From: Octopus sinensis
Taxonomy: Eukaryota
Assembly (NCBI RefSeq): GCF_006345805.1
Contig: NC_043005.1
Span: 88,908,001 to 88,972,000, forward strand
DNA length: 64,000 nt
Direction: 5' to 3'
A program made the position numbers and the translations under genes. Positions within the stretch are counted from its first letter, which is position 1. Every line of letters starts with the position of its first letter. The notes under the pieces were generated by a model. It searched no databases. It had not been told where the DNA came from and was given only the letters and a program-made list of their open reading frames with translations. Shown piece after piece: positions 38,262 to 51,619 of this stretch.

Positions 38262-41200
38262 CACAGTTAACCTGGCTCCATCAAACTCAAACTCACAGAT
38301 GGGACTATCAACAATACACAAGACCACCACAGCAAATAGACCCAAGGTGGACACCACTGGCAACAACACACACATCACCTCGATGCTCCTACTGAACATC
38401 AGAGGGCTGTTAACACTCAGTAACAGGACAAAAATCCCTTTCTTGAGAGACCTTGTTGCATGCAATCAAGCCTTATGCATACCACTTACGGAAACACACC
38501 TGAAACCGGATATAGCAGATGCGGAAATACACATATCACAGTATGTTGTATTACGGACTGACAGAAAAGAAAGGTCTTTGGTGGAGTTGCTATGTACATC
38601 CGCGAGGACCTCACACCCCAGGTCCTTTTGTCATACTCAAATTCGGTGTGTGACACACTAATTGGCAACTCGGTGTAGTTATATGTGCTACATATCGCCC
38701 TCCAGATTCTCCAAGTCATATAGGCAAGTTTGAAGACTGCCTTACAAAAATAGAAGTTCTAGTCACATTAGAATAACACATAAGTGTACTTCTTATGGGA
38801 GACTTCAATCTGCCCAATGTCAGATGGCCGGAGAGCTTTTCTCTCCCAGGAATGACACGATGCGAACGAGGACAGGTGAGATCCCTCCTGAACCTCATCA
38901 ACACTGTGTACATGGAGCAAATAATACTCCAACCAACCAGGGCAGGTAACATACTGGATCTCTGCTTCACAAATAATATGGATCTCATCCATAATGTGAA
39001 AGTGACACCGACACTACTCTCGGATCACAACATGATAGAGTTGCCCATGTACGGGCCAAAGGAAAGCATGGACATGCAGCCTACAAGAAAACTCTCAGAA
39101 TCTTTCCAGTTTGAACTTCCATAAGGCAAACTGGAAACAAAATTGAGAAAGAGATCCTCAAACAAAACTGGCCTGAATGTCTCTCCTTGCCAGACATCGA
39201 CATGAAACTTCAAGAATTCATGTCTGTAATGCAAGTCATATGCTACAAATGTATCCCAGAGAGAAAGGGCACTGTACACAACAATAAAATCCCCAGAGAG
39301 AGGAAAATTCTTATGAGACGGCGTACAAAAGTTTCAAATCGCCTAAACAAACAAATTGAAAGCAGTGAAAAGTCCCGCCTGAAAATAAAACTGTTTGAAA
39401 TTAAAAAATGTCTGCAACTCTCACATGAAAAAGAAAGGGTAGACAAAGAAGCCTGGGCTATAGACAACATAAAATCTAACCCCAGAGCTTTCTACAAGTT
39501 TGCCAAAGAAACAGCTACGGTGCCCTGTAGGATAGGGCCACTCCTTGAAAAAGATGGTGCACTCACAGGAAATCCAATAAGGATAAGTGAAATACTAAAT
39601 GAGCAATTCAAAAATATTTTCACTCCACCCCTAGGGGATTTTCAAGTCAGCAATCCAACTGAATTCTTTACCACTGCAGATATAAAATCAGAGGTAACGA
39701 TGATTGATTACATCAATATAATGGAAGACAATGTAATAAGGGCTATAGATGAAATGAACCCAAACTCAGCTACTGGCCCCGGTGGATTCCCAGCAATCCT
39801 TCTAAAAGTATGTAAGAGAGTCCTAGTAAGACCACTGCAGTTTCTCTTTCAGAGCTTCCTTGCAACTGGTAAACTTCCAAGAAAACTGAAGGAGGGTAAC
39901 ATATGCCCTATTCATAAAAGAGGTAGAAGAGCGGAGGCCAAGAACCTATCTCTCTGACCTCACACACCAGCAAGGTCGTGGAACGAATAGTCAGAAGGAA
40001 ACTACTCGCCTTCCTTGAAGAAAATAACTTGCTGCCTGACACCCAATATGGTTTCCGACCAGGAAGAAGCTGCCTAACTCAGCTCTTACAATACTATGAC
40101 TGGGTGCTGAAACAACTGCTCAACTACTCAAATGTGGAAGTGATATATCTCGACTTTGCAAAGGCCTTTGATAAAGTCGATCATAGAATGATATGTCACA
40201 AACTGCGTGATCTTGGCACAGTTGGAAAATTGGGAGAATGGCTTCATAACTTTCTGAAGGATAGAAGTCAGGTGGTAGTAGGCAATGGGACCACCTCCAA
40301 TAACACGCAAATAGTGAGCGGTGTTCCGCAAGGCACTGTTTTGGGACAACTGCTGTTCATAATGACCCTCTCAGACATGCCCTCAGCCACGCAGAGAGCC
40401 ACGATCACAAGTTATGCAGATGATACAAAAGTTTCACAGGTAATACAGAACTCTGAAGATACTATGCACCTGCAATGTGAGATGGACAAAATATACAAGT
40501 GGGCTGAAAAGAATAGCATGCAGTTGAATGCTGAAAAGTTTCAAGCTTTATTCTATCAGCATGCAAGACTGAATGCAATACCCAATAAATACACTGGACC
40601 TGGAGGGATTGCAATCCCAGAGGCACAATCAGTGCGAGACCTGGGTATTTACATGAGTAATGATGCAACCTTTCATGAGCATGTTGCTAAATTGGCAATG
40701 AAATGTAGGCGGCTGACCGGATGGATTCTTAGAGCTTTTAGAACAAGAGACCAGGAAACCATGATGGTCCTCTGGAGGACACTTGTCCTAAGCCACTTTG
40801 ACTATTGCTCTCAGCTATGGTCACCAACCAGTGTCAAATTAATCATAGAACTTGAGGCAATCCAACGAAGCTACACGAAGAAGATAGCCTCTGTGCGGCA
40901 TATAAGCTATTGGGAAAGACTCAAGAGATTAAGACTCTATTCCTTAGAGCGTAGGCGAGAATGATATGCCATAATATACATCTGGAAGATCCTGGAAGGA
41001 CTTGTCCCAAACTTTGGCATCGAGAGTTACACAAATACTAGAACTGGGCGCCACTGCATAGTGCCAAGGACTCCAAATATGCCATCAAGATGTAGGACAA
41101 GATACTGTGATAGCCTGGGCTTCAGAGGTCCACAGCTCTTCAATATCCTCCCGAAGGACCTGAGAGACCTGCATGGGGTGGATGCAGATGTCTTTAAAAT

Positions 41201-41410
41201 AAAGCTGGACCTCTTCCTGTCAGGTGTCCCAGATGAACCAACTTCACGGCAGGAGGTGCAGATGAGGGCAGCTGCATCAAACTTTCTCATGCACCAAATG
41301 TCAATTGCTAAAAAGCATTCGTGAAGTAAAATCACGTAGCAACACCGAATGGCGGTGACCCAGCATGGCCACAGTTCGTGAGCTGAAACTAGATAAGACG
41401 AAAAAAAAAT
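38262..41410 (+). mobile_element. CR1-like LINE ORF2 (APE endonuclease + RT), multiple frameshifts
   Basis: MLLLNIRGL, LTETHLKPDI, MGDFNLP, RAGNILDLCF, SDHNMI, QYGFRPGRSCLTQL, YLDFAKAFDKVDH, SGVPQGTVLG, YADDTK; A-rich tail ~41400. Confidence 0.93.
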
Positions 41411-41496
41411 GAATATGAGGTTAATGAATGAGAGACAGAAGATGGAAGATACGAGAATTTCTATTAATCGCTGCAATTGATCCCTGCAATCAGTGC

Positions 41497-41568
<72 letters not shown>

Positions 41569-41573
<5 letters not shown>

Positions 41574-42043
41574 GAAAAGAATGGAGTCGAACGAAGATTT
41601 TAACAAAATTCCTTTACTTTCGATACTCGTTTCGAAGACTGCATATTCTTAATTCCGAAGGAATAAAGGGTGCATTATGCCGTCTTCTCTTCAGGAAAGA
41701 CAAGGAGCCTCTATCAGTCTCACGACGAACAAAAACCTTTTGATGACTGCCTGCATTGTGTCCACAGTGATAATGAGTGTTTTTAAAAAATTATCCGTTA
41801 TTAGCAATGACGTCAAAATTGGTTGGAAGGAGAAAGTATTAAAAATAGGAAGGGAACAAAAATTTTGTTGTATGAATGGGGATGCGCGGGTGCTTGCTTA
41901 TGTTAATAAGTGTGAGTGTCTATGTGTGTGTATTAGTGTGTGTATATAACTGCTTTTGTGTCTATGTATGCAGTCTTCGAAACATGTGTCGAAAGTAAAG
42001 GAATTTTGTTAAAATCTTCGTTCGACTCCATTCTTTTCATTTA
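41569..42043 (-). mobile_element. Miniature Penelope-derived element with 77-bp inverted ends and hammerhead-like motif
   Basis: 41569-41645 is the reverse complement of 41967-42043; HHR-like fold at 41617-41699. Confidence 0.7.
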
Positions 42044-42170
42044 TTCATATAAGAACAACACACAAATTTCCACACAGAAACACGGGGTTTTGCCCTTGGC
42101 ATGTAGCTTCAACCGTATTTTCTGACGTGAATTTGCTACCCAGGTATCGATTAACCGAATTATCCATACT

Positions 42171-45100
42171 AGCTTTTTAGCGCGTAGTTAAGGAGTGTAT
42201 TTTCCGCTTGACTGAATTTGAGTTAGAAAAGTAAGTTCGTTTAGGACAGGAAGAGCTATATGTATGTGCGCGCGCGCGCGTGTGTGTTTATATGTATGTT
42301 GGGGCGCGCGCGCGTGTATATATGTGTGCGTGTGTGGGTACAATTTTCAATATTTATAGTTCTGCTGGCCTTGAGCCTGTATCGGGAAGCAACGTGTTTG
42401 TGTGAAGTCAATATTTACAGTCATTTCCAAAAAATAGTGTTGGATGTTTTGCACCCGTATCAAATTATGTTTATGTGTGGAACCATATGTTTGCGTGTGT
42501 CATGGTGTTAATATCTGGGTAAAAGTGTGTGTAGGGTGTGTGCAGCTGTAAGTGTGTTTGTTGTGGGTTCGTGTTAGGGGGATGTGTTTAGAAGTGGTCT
42601 GTATTTATTAATAAGGTGGGATTCCATGGTTATTCGCTGGGTATGAGTGGCATTGTCTTTAAATTTGTAGAGGCGAAAGATTCTAAAATTGGGATGAAGT
42701 TGTGCGGCACAGGTATCAATATGTGCACTAAGTGCTATTTTTCTGTATTCCTGTATTTTTATTTGGGATCAATGGACAGTCATGCGTTGGCGGACGCTAT
42801 TTTTAGTTTGGCCTATGTAGTGTTCATTACAGCCCGAGCAAGTTAAGACATATACTAGGTTTTCTGATGCGCATGTGAAGTTGTGTTTTACTGTGAAACG
42901 TTGTCCTTGTTTAAAAAGGAATTCCGGACCTTCTATTAGGTTGATGCATATACCACAGTTGGGTCTATTGCATTTGTTTACTGTGGGTTTAGTTGTTGTG
43001 GTTGGCAGTACTTTGGCATTTGTTAGGATGGTTTTCAATGATTTGGGTTGCCTTTTGCTCTTTATGATTTCGTGTGTTAGGAGGATTTGGTTCATTCTAT
43101 GGTCCTTTTTTAATACAGGAATGTTCTGGAGGATGGTGTCAAAAGCTTCATTGTTGAGGGGGTTGTGTGTAGAGATGTATGGTAGAGTATGGGGTTTCGA
43201 TGTAACAGGTTTAGGGCGTCTAAGTTCCTGTGTGCTGAGTTTTAGGGCGCGTTGGATCCCATTGTCAATTAGTGACGTGGGGTAATCCCTGCTTGTTAAT
43301 GTGTCCTTAAGTTCTTGTAGACGTAAGAGACGGGTGTTTTTATTGGAGACTATAGTGCAAATTCTCTTGGCTAAGTTGTAGGGAATGTTAATTTTAACGT
43401 GTCTAGGATGGCATGAATTGAAAGGGAGGTATTGCTTGGAGTCTGTGGGCTTGTAGTATATGTCTGTTTCTATTTTTTTGTTGTGAATTTTAATGAGGAT
43501 GTCGAGGAAGGGAATTTGTTGAGGGCTGTATTCCATTGTGAAAATAATGTTTGTGTTGAGCCCATTTATAAGGGTGTGAAATTCTTTAAGCTTCTCGATG
43601 GTTTCGGGCCAAAGGATGAAGCAGCCATCAATATATCTCTTCCAGTTCTTCTCTATGTGTGTGTGGAGAGTGGTGCCAAATTGGTTAAGAACGTTATTAT
43701 AGAGGGTGATTTCCAGGTATCCCATGACTAGGTTGGCGTAAGTGGGAGCTGTTTTCGTTCCCATTGCCGTCCCTGATTTCTGTCTGTAGAATTTGTTGTT
43801 GAAGGTGAAGAAATTATTCTCTAAGATGAATTTGAGTCCTTCTAAAATAAATTCCTTTGTGTGGGAGTTCGTTGGAGTAATTATCCAGCCAGAATTGGAT
43901 AGCTTCTATTCCTAGGTTGTGGGGGATGTTGGAGTAAAGATTAACTACATCGAATGTTACTAGCAGGGTTTGTTCAGTAAGAAGTGTATTGGGGAGGTGG
44001 TTGAGCATATCTAGATCGTCCCTTATGTAGCGTTTAATGTGTTTGAGGAAGGGCTTAAGAAGGGTATCAATGAAGTTGCTAAGGCGGTGGGTTTCGCAAG
44101 CGGGACCTGCTATTATAGGTCTCAATTTGAGGTCATTTGGTGAGGGGACATTGATTACAGAGTTTGTGGCTTCCTTGCATGCCTTACTTATTAAATCGCT
44201 TTTATGAATTTTGGGAATACCGTAGAAGAGGCTGGTTTTACTAGTGAAATTTGTGATGAAGTTGAATTCTTTGTTAGTGAGTTCTTCTTTGTGGGGGTTG
44301 ATCAGGGTTTTTAAGTTTCTCATAATTTTCTGTTGATTGTAGTGTTCAGCCTTTTCGTAATATGTTCCATTTTCCAAGGTGGAGAGTGCTAAGTTGATAT
44401 AGTATTCTGTCTCCATTAAGACTACTGCACTTCCTTTGTCGGCCTCTTTAATGGTGATAGATCTTTCATTTTTTTAATTTGTTTAATTCTTCCCACTCTT
44501 TCTTGTCGAGGTTTGGTTTGGGTTTTGGTTTGTGTAAGTGTTGGTAGGGGAAGTTTGTAATGTGCTCGCAGAATTCGTCTAGGATTTTATTTCTACCTTT
44601 TGGTGGGGTGTAGTTGCTTTTATTTCTAGCTAGTGACTCATCCTCATTGTGCTGGTCGAATAGTTCCTCACTAAGTCGTAATTTTCTACAAAATTCTGTA
44701 ATGTCTTCCTGCATTTCGTAGTAGTTTGGACGTGGGGGGGATTTAAGACCTTTGGAGAGTAAGTTGAGAAGGTTGGGGTTGGGTTCTGTATTGGTTAAAT
44801 TGATGACTTTAATTAGTTTCTGTTTCTCTTCCCTGTCCTGTGTTATTTTGTTTGCCTGTATCTAGGTGCTGTGTCTAAAAAATGGTTGGGGTAGAGGGGT
44901 TGTCTGTTGGTGTTAAGAGGCAACACTATTTTTTGGAAATGACTGTAAATATTGACTTCACACAAACACGTTGCTTCCCGATACAGGCACAAGGCCAGCA
45001 GAACTATAAATATTGAAAATTGTACCCACACACGCACACATATATACACGCGCGCGCGCCCCAACATACATATAAACACACACACACACACACGCGCGCG

Positions 45101-45214
45101 CGCGCACATACATACATACATACATATAGCTCTTCCTGTCCTAAACAAACTTACTTTTCTAGCTCAAATTCAGTCAAGCGGAAAATACACTCCTTAACTA
45201 CGCGCTAAACAGCT
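42171..45214 (-). mobile_element. Near full-length Penelope-like element (RT + GIY-YIG) with ~280-bp inverted terminal repeats
   Basis: ORF pieces 44466-44714, 43814-44416, 42769-43764 (VINLT..LLSKGLK, LRPIIAGP, TFDVVNLYSNIP, MGTKTAP, LVYVLTCSGCNEHYIGQT); 42171-42442 is the reverse complement of 44921-45214. Confidence 0.93.
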
Positions 45215-45963
45215 ATTCAAAACATCCACATGACGTCTACTGACCAGACTAAACAATAAGAATTTTCAACAACGCTATTTTCGAAAACTCCATACACCAC
45301 CTACATCAACATTCATTCTAAACATTCACGTGACCTCTCTATTATGACTACATTCACGTGACCTCTTTATTATGACCAATAAGAAATTTTAGGCTCGATA
45401 CCAGCCAAATTTTAACATCTCTGGAGCCTATTTTCTTACCCCAACACCAACTTCCATTCAAACATTCACGTGACCTCTTTATAATGACCAATCAAAATTG
45501 CATTGACCATTGTCCACAAGAAATTTTAGGCGCGAAACCAAGCAAATCTTAAACAACTCTGGAGCCTTTTTTTTTCACATATAAGAGACAGCAAACCCAA
45601 CATAAAGTCAGATAAGAGAAAAAAATCAATCAGAAAGGAACTCTATCTCACTCAAAATATCTTTTGATAAGCATAACAAATGCGCAACCGGTAAACTCTT
45701 ACTTTTTTTATTCTACACTGAAATCTGACATTGAACTTTTCCACAAAAAACTGTATATTACACACTTTTACTAAATATCTTATTCTGAAACAGAACACTG
45801 TAAAAGACTCTTACTTTTTTCCTTATACACTGAAATCATTCACAAATAATGAACATTGTATTCTAACCCAATTTTTCTCTTCTTTTGTTTAAAAAAAGAA
45901 CTTTCACCTAATTAAATACACTCTCCCTTACTTAAATTATTTTGTCAGCATTTTCTTCATTTC

Positions 45964-46055
<92 letters not shown>

Positions 46056-46109
46056 TACTTCTAAGCCTCATATATATATTTCTTTTAACCTTTTATTATT
46101 TTATTTGTT

Positions 46110-46332
46110 TCAGTCATTTAACTGCGGCCATGCTGGAGCATCGCCTTTAGTTGAACAATTCGACACTAGGACTTATTCTTTGTACGCCTAGTACTTATTC
46201 TATCGGTCTCTTTTGCAGAACCCCGAAGTTACGGGGACGTAAACGCACCAAAAGGAGTTGTCAAGTGATGGCGGGGGACAAACACATACACAGAAACATA
46301 TATATACTTGTGCGTGCACACACACGCACATG

Positions 46333-46407
<75 letters not shown>

Positions 46408-46550
46408 CTATATAAGACGGGCTTCTTTCAGTTTCCGTTTACCAAGTCCAATCACATGGCTTTGGTCGGTTCGAGGCTATAGTAGAAGACACTTGCCCAA
46501 GGGGCCACACGGTGGCACTGAACATGGAACCATGTGGTTGGTAAGAAAGC
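46110..46550 (-). mobile_element. SINE with internal (CTAT)n
   Basis: Reverse complement of the shared SINE head, core and tail. Confidence 0.75.
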
Positions 46551-46859
46551 TACTTTATTTTAAAAATTTTGCCATAAAGGCATGATGCAGAGTAGCTTGC
46601 GGGCTGGACAAAGACATTGATGAGGTGAATGATGAAAAGGATATTAATGGGAGAAGAGAAAAAAACTCCCACCGATTTTTTGCTTCTCTAAAACATTATT
46701 CTCTTCTTTTTTCACAGAAAAAGCAAAACGAGGTAATGAACCTCTTACTTCCGTTTTACAATTATTAGACTGATAGTCCATTCAAGACTATTGGGGCGTT
46801 AAGCCTCTTCAACACAATAACATGCAATAAACATAACACACATTATAACACTGCGCCTT

Positions 46860-48110
46860 TTCAACCTCTTGTCACTATTCCTCCCCAACATCGTTTGTGC
46901 CCGTATACTCCGCCATCACCCACGCCTCATTCAAGACCAAGCCAGGATCCGAACCGGCGTCGCCCGGCCACAAGCTATATTCCTCATTGAGTCCCTGCAG
47001 CCTATACCTCAGAGACAACGTTATGACCTCCACAGCTACCTGCGGAGGCCATCGGAATCCTGTATGAAGGTTAAAGGTATTCCCTCATGGTGCTTTTCCA
47101 CCACCTCTCCTACCTCCCCGCCTCTGTAGAAGAAGACCAATAGTTACTCTTCCTCCGGGTTCGAGGCAGTCAATTCTATCGATGATGGCACAATTCCACC
47201 CAACGGTGTCTCTTCCCCTGCCACTGGCACAAACCCTACCGGGAAGGTTCCGGGACATTCCGGTGCTGTGTCACCGACTGCCGGCAATCTCCTATTTCTC
47301 TTCTTCTTCCTCTTTTTTCTATCAACTGTGTGAGGCTGCGCCTCCTCTGTGACAAGGAGATTCGCCTCCCCTCTCTTATCCCTTGTTGCTCACCTTCTTC
47401 TTGCGGCCCTTCTTTGAGGAGTCCTCCGTCTCCTCGGCCGCCTTCGTTCCTTCTTCTACAGAGGCCTCAATCGACTGCTCCAGGACTTTGCTTTGTTCCT
47501 GAGGACAGTTTTTCTTTATATGTCCAGGGTCCAGGCACCGATGACTCTCAAGAATCACTGGGTACCTGTAATTTTCAAAAAATCTGGCATAACCAGATTC
47601 ATGGCTGATTGGGTCCACAGCTTTTGACCCAACCCAATCAGCCGCAGGATGAATTTTCACATTGAGGATCCTGGCTCCACTGCCACCCAGACTCCAACAG
47701 ATAGTATCTTCTATCTACTGGCGTTCAATTCCGGGTGGAAAACCACAGACCCAAGCCCTCGTCAATTTTTACCCCTTATTAAGTGGGAAGAAACGAAATT
47801 TCTTTACCCTCAAAGGGCTGGCCCGCAAAACTGCGAGCCTCCTTTGGGGTGTCAAACAGCAACCACTCCGTTACATATTTGATACCCCTAGAGATATACT
47901 TAATGGTTGGCAGATGTTCCGCTCAATCATCTGCTTGGAGAAGACGGCAATGGTGTCGAGAAACTTCGAATACGTTCTGAACACACCGTCCCTTCCTCTT
48001 GCTGTCTGAGCCACTCCTTAGGTGGGACAATCTCCCACTCTACAATCTTATCCGTATTTTTTGCCATGTTTTAAATAAAAAAGTAAAAAGGTCCAAAACA
48101 ATAGACCACC
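46860..48110 (-). mobile_element. Degraded L1/Tx1-like ORF1 (zinc knuckle, basic/acidic tail)
   Basis: HRCLDPGHIKKNCP (CCHC knuckle remnant); IKYISRGIKYVTEWLLFDTPKEARSFAGQPFEGKEISFLPT upstream. Confidence 0.55.
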
Positions 48111-48117
48111 TATCATC

Positions 48118-48990
48118 AGCATGCAAGGCCTTCGGTTTGGTCAAACATATAAAGAAGACATCCATCTTCACCCAGGAGGGCGCAGTGAAAGGCCATATCA
48201 AGCTTGATGACAAAGAGCTTGAGACAGTGGACAGGGTCTGCTATCTAGGGTCTACCATTTCCTCTACTACTTCACTTGATGATGATATTAATGTCAGGAT
48301 AGGGAAGGCAGCAACAACTTTTGGAAGGGAGCAACAAGAGATTAGACATCAAGACAGAGATCAGGATTTATGAAGCATGTGTTCTCAGCACACTCCTCTA
48401 TGGATCTGAAACTTGGACCTTGTACAGCGGACAGGAAAGGCGCCTCGGCATTTTCCATTTGAGATGCCTCCGCAAGATCTTAGGCCTAACATGGTGCGAC
48501 AAGGTCACTAATGTTGAAGTGCTGGCGCAGGCGAATCTTCAAAGCATGACAGCTATCTTGTGTATGAGAAGACTGAGGTGGGTGGGGCATGTCAGGAGAA
48601 TAGCTGACCGTCGAATCCCGAATCAACTGCTCTATGGAGAATTGGCCCAGGGCAGGAGACCAAGGGGAAGACCAAAACTGAGGTATAAGGACACTTGCAA
48701 AGCTAGTTTGTCCATTTGTGAGGTGGATGTCAGCACCTGGGAAGAGAGGGCCGAGGACAGAACAACATGGAGGACTGTGGTGAAGGAAGGAACTGCTTCG
48801 CTGGAGGCTGCTACAGAAACAAACAAGTTGAGAAGCGTCAGCGGTGAAAGGAAAACAACAGAAATGCCGAGCGCCGAGCCACCTTCTTGGTATGCAAGTA
48901 CTGTGACAGAATCTGCGCTTCAATCATAGGAAGAATCAGCCATGAAAGAAGCAGCAAAAGGGGGAGCCCCTGATATGTTCGATTAAGTGA
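48118..48990 (+). mobile_element. RTE (BovB-like) LINE 3' fragment
   Basis: LETVDRVCYLGSTIS..DINVRIGKAATTFG; YEACVLSTLLYGSETW; RLRWVGHVRR..RIPNQLLYGEL..GRPKLRYKD. Confidence 0.9.
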
Positions 48991-50178
48991 CCTCTAAGCT
49001 AAATTGACCGTCTGCATAGACGTATGTAATATGCTTTATTAAAAAGCAGCAAAAATATCACAAAAACCGTTCCCGTTCGTCGGACAATTTTGTTTAGAAT
49101 GGAGCAAGATTAAGCTATATGCAGAAATACAATTACTTTGACTGATACACATTTGAAAATGGTTTTGTTTCATTAATCCTTTAAGCTAACGGTCTTTTCC
49201 ATAACCGGTTGCATGAAATAACAAATTGCAGTTTAAAATCATATTAAAATCAAAAATAGCTTATGAAGAAGGAAAAATGCCTGAATACCCAAGGTAAATA
49301 ATTACCAGTAAAAATAATAATAAATTAATAAATTAAAAGATATATCCGTTCAAAAACTTCACGCTAAACTATACATACATTTAGCAATACATACACATAC
49401 CAAACAATCTATACACTAAAAATACAGACGTAGGTACATGCTACATACATTTACAGACATATATAGGCAAAACATAAATATATACAAATGCATATATATA
49501 TATATATATATAAACTTACTTGGAAATGGATGCGTGGCGTTTGATTAAATAGTAATATAAATGGTATATATATATATATTAATAGTAATAGTATGAAAAC
49601 AAAAGAATGAATGAGACTTTACTGGTATTTCATTCTATTGTCCCCATAAAGAATGAAAGGCAAAGGTGACTTTGATGGCATTTGAACTCAGAATGTAAAC
49701 AACTGTAACTAAATACCACAAATTATTTTGTCCAGTTCCCTAAGAATTTTGTGAATCCACAAACCAAATAATAATCGTTTCTAAGAAAAGGCACGGACAT
49801 TTGGGGATTACGGCCTTGGGTTGGTTGAAAGCCTTAAATCCCAGTACTTTACCCCAGAAGGTTGAAAGCCAATGGCTGCGGTCCAATGATTGAAGCAAGC
49901 AAAAGATAGAAATATAAAAATCAAGAATTCCGGAGTGAAGGATGAGGGTACCCTTGATTATATATACAGGGATTATCTCAAAAGGTCGATAAAATCAAGT
50001 GTAAAGATTTCAGGTATCGTAATCCCATGTTGTGGGTGGGTGTTGGAGTGAGATAGGTTTTTAACCCCAAACAATAAAAGAAAAAATGTTTCAAGGAATT
50101 TTTGTTTTGAAGCACAACCATTTCAACCACCTACCTGGACTACATAATAATAAGAAGAAATCATTATTATAAACTTAC

Positions 50179-50321
50179 CTGTAATCTAAGTCAGGTACAA
50201 TAAAAACCATGCTTCCAACTTGTAAACCATCCATAATGGTTGAAGCGAACAGAAAACTTAGCACCAGTTTCTGATAAAGTCCACATCCTCCAATTGTGCC
50301 AATCACTTCTTCGTAGTCCAT
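50179..50321 (-). CDS. SLC22: SLC22 transporter coding exon 1 (N-terminus, TM1)
   Basis: ATG at 50321; MDYEEVIGTIGGCGLYQKLVLSFLFASTIMDGLQVGSMVFIVPDLDY(R) resembles the SLC22 N-terminus (D/E..L..IG.FG.YQ); AG|GTAAGT donor, 143 nt, phase 2. Confidence 0.9.
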
Positions 50322-50342
50322 GGTGAACAAACCTCTCAGAAC

Positions 50343-50755
50343 AAATGTGTCGTCTGCTTCAAGCAAGTTCTAAATGTGTCTGCCTCTATTTCCTCCTTTC
50401 GTGCATACATAATATATGTATCAGGTGTGAAAATGAGAATACCTGTGGGAGTGTAAGTGGAGGTATGGGAGAAAGAGGGAGGAATGTGAGTGAAAGGATT
50501 GAATTTGGGATTGGGTGTTGTATGGGAGTGAGAGAGGGAAGGGAAGGACAAAGACAAAATGTATCGTCTGCTTCAAGCAATTTCTAAATGTGTCTGTCTC
50601 TGCCTCCTTTCAATCATACATATATGTATCAGGTGCGCAAGTGAGAGTACTTGTAGGAGTATGATATGGGGAAGAGGGGGAAATGTGAATGAAAGACAAC
50701 TATTTATGATCGGGTGTTGAATGGGAGTGAGAGGGGGAGGGAAAAAGACAAAGAG
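50343..50755. repeat. Diverged ~214-bp tandem duplication immediately upstream of the SLC22 ATG
   Basis: AAATGT(G/A)TCGTCTGCTTCAAGCAA.TTCTAAATGTGTCTG at 50343 and 50557. Confidence 0.8.
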
Positions 50756-50789
50756 AAAAATAGTGTATGTGTGTGTGTGTGCATAAATG

Positions 50790-50836
<47 letters not shown>

Positions 50837-51619
50837 TTTATCCCGTAATGGTTGGATGCATTTTATTTGTAATTTTTGTATTCAATACACTTGTTCCAAT
50901 ATCTATGTATTCGTCTATGAAATTGTATCTATGTATATGTGTCTATATATTTGTATCTATGTATCTATGTATATGTATTTAAATTAGATATACATAGACA
51001 TGACAGAAGTAAATAGACCCCCTTATAATCCTTAAAATACGAAATACATTAAATTAAAGTTTCAGAATATCACTTCTGGAAGCTCATATCTTTTTATTAG
51101 AAAAATCTACATGGTGCTGTATTTCGAGTCCTTCAGAATGCTGCCAGTTGGTGGTGATGGCCACTTTGTAAAAGTGGTGATATTCTGAAAGTTCCATGTA
51201 TTTCAATTTTTCTTTCCATTTTATTCCAGCAGGAAAAGCTCGTCTTAAATGGCCGAAACCAGTTCATATTTTCTTTGCTTTTTGCCATATTAAAGCTCAC
51301 TAAGCATTTCCATCTTCTTAGTTTTTCCAACACACAAACACACACATATACACACATACACACACATATATATACACACACATATATGTATATATTCATA
51401 TATATATCCACACATATATATATACATGCACATATAAATACATATATATATACACACATATGCATAATTATACACACACACACATATATATATATACATT
51501 TATATACATATATATAATTACATATATACATATACATGCATATATATATATATATATATATATGTGTGTATATGCGTGTTTGTATATATACATATATATA
51601 TACATCATGCGTGTATTTA

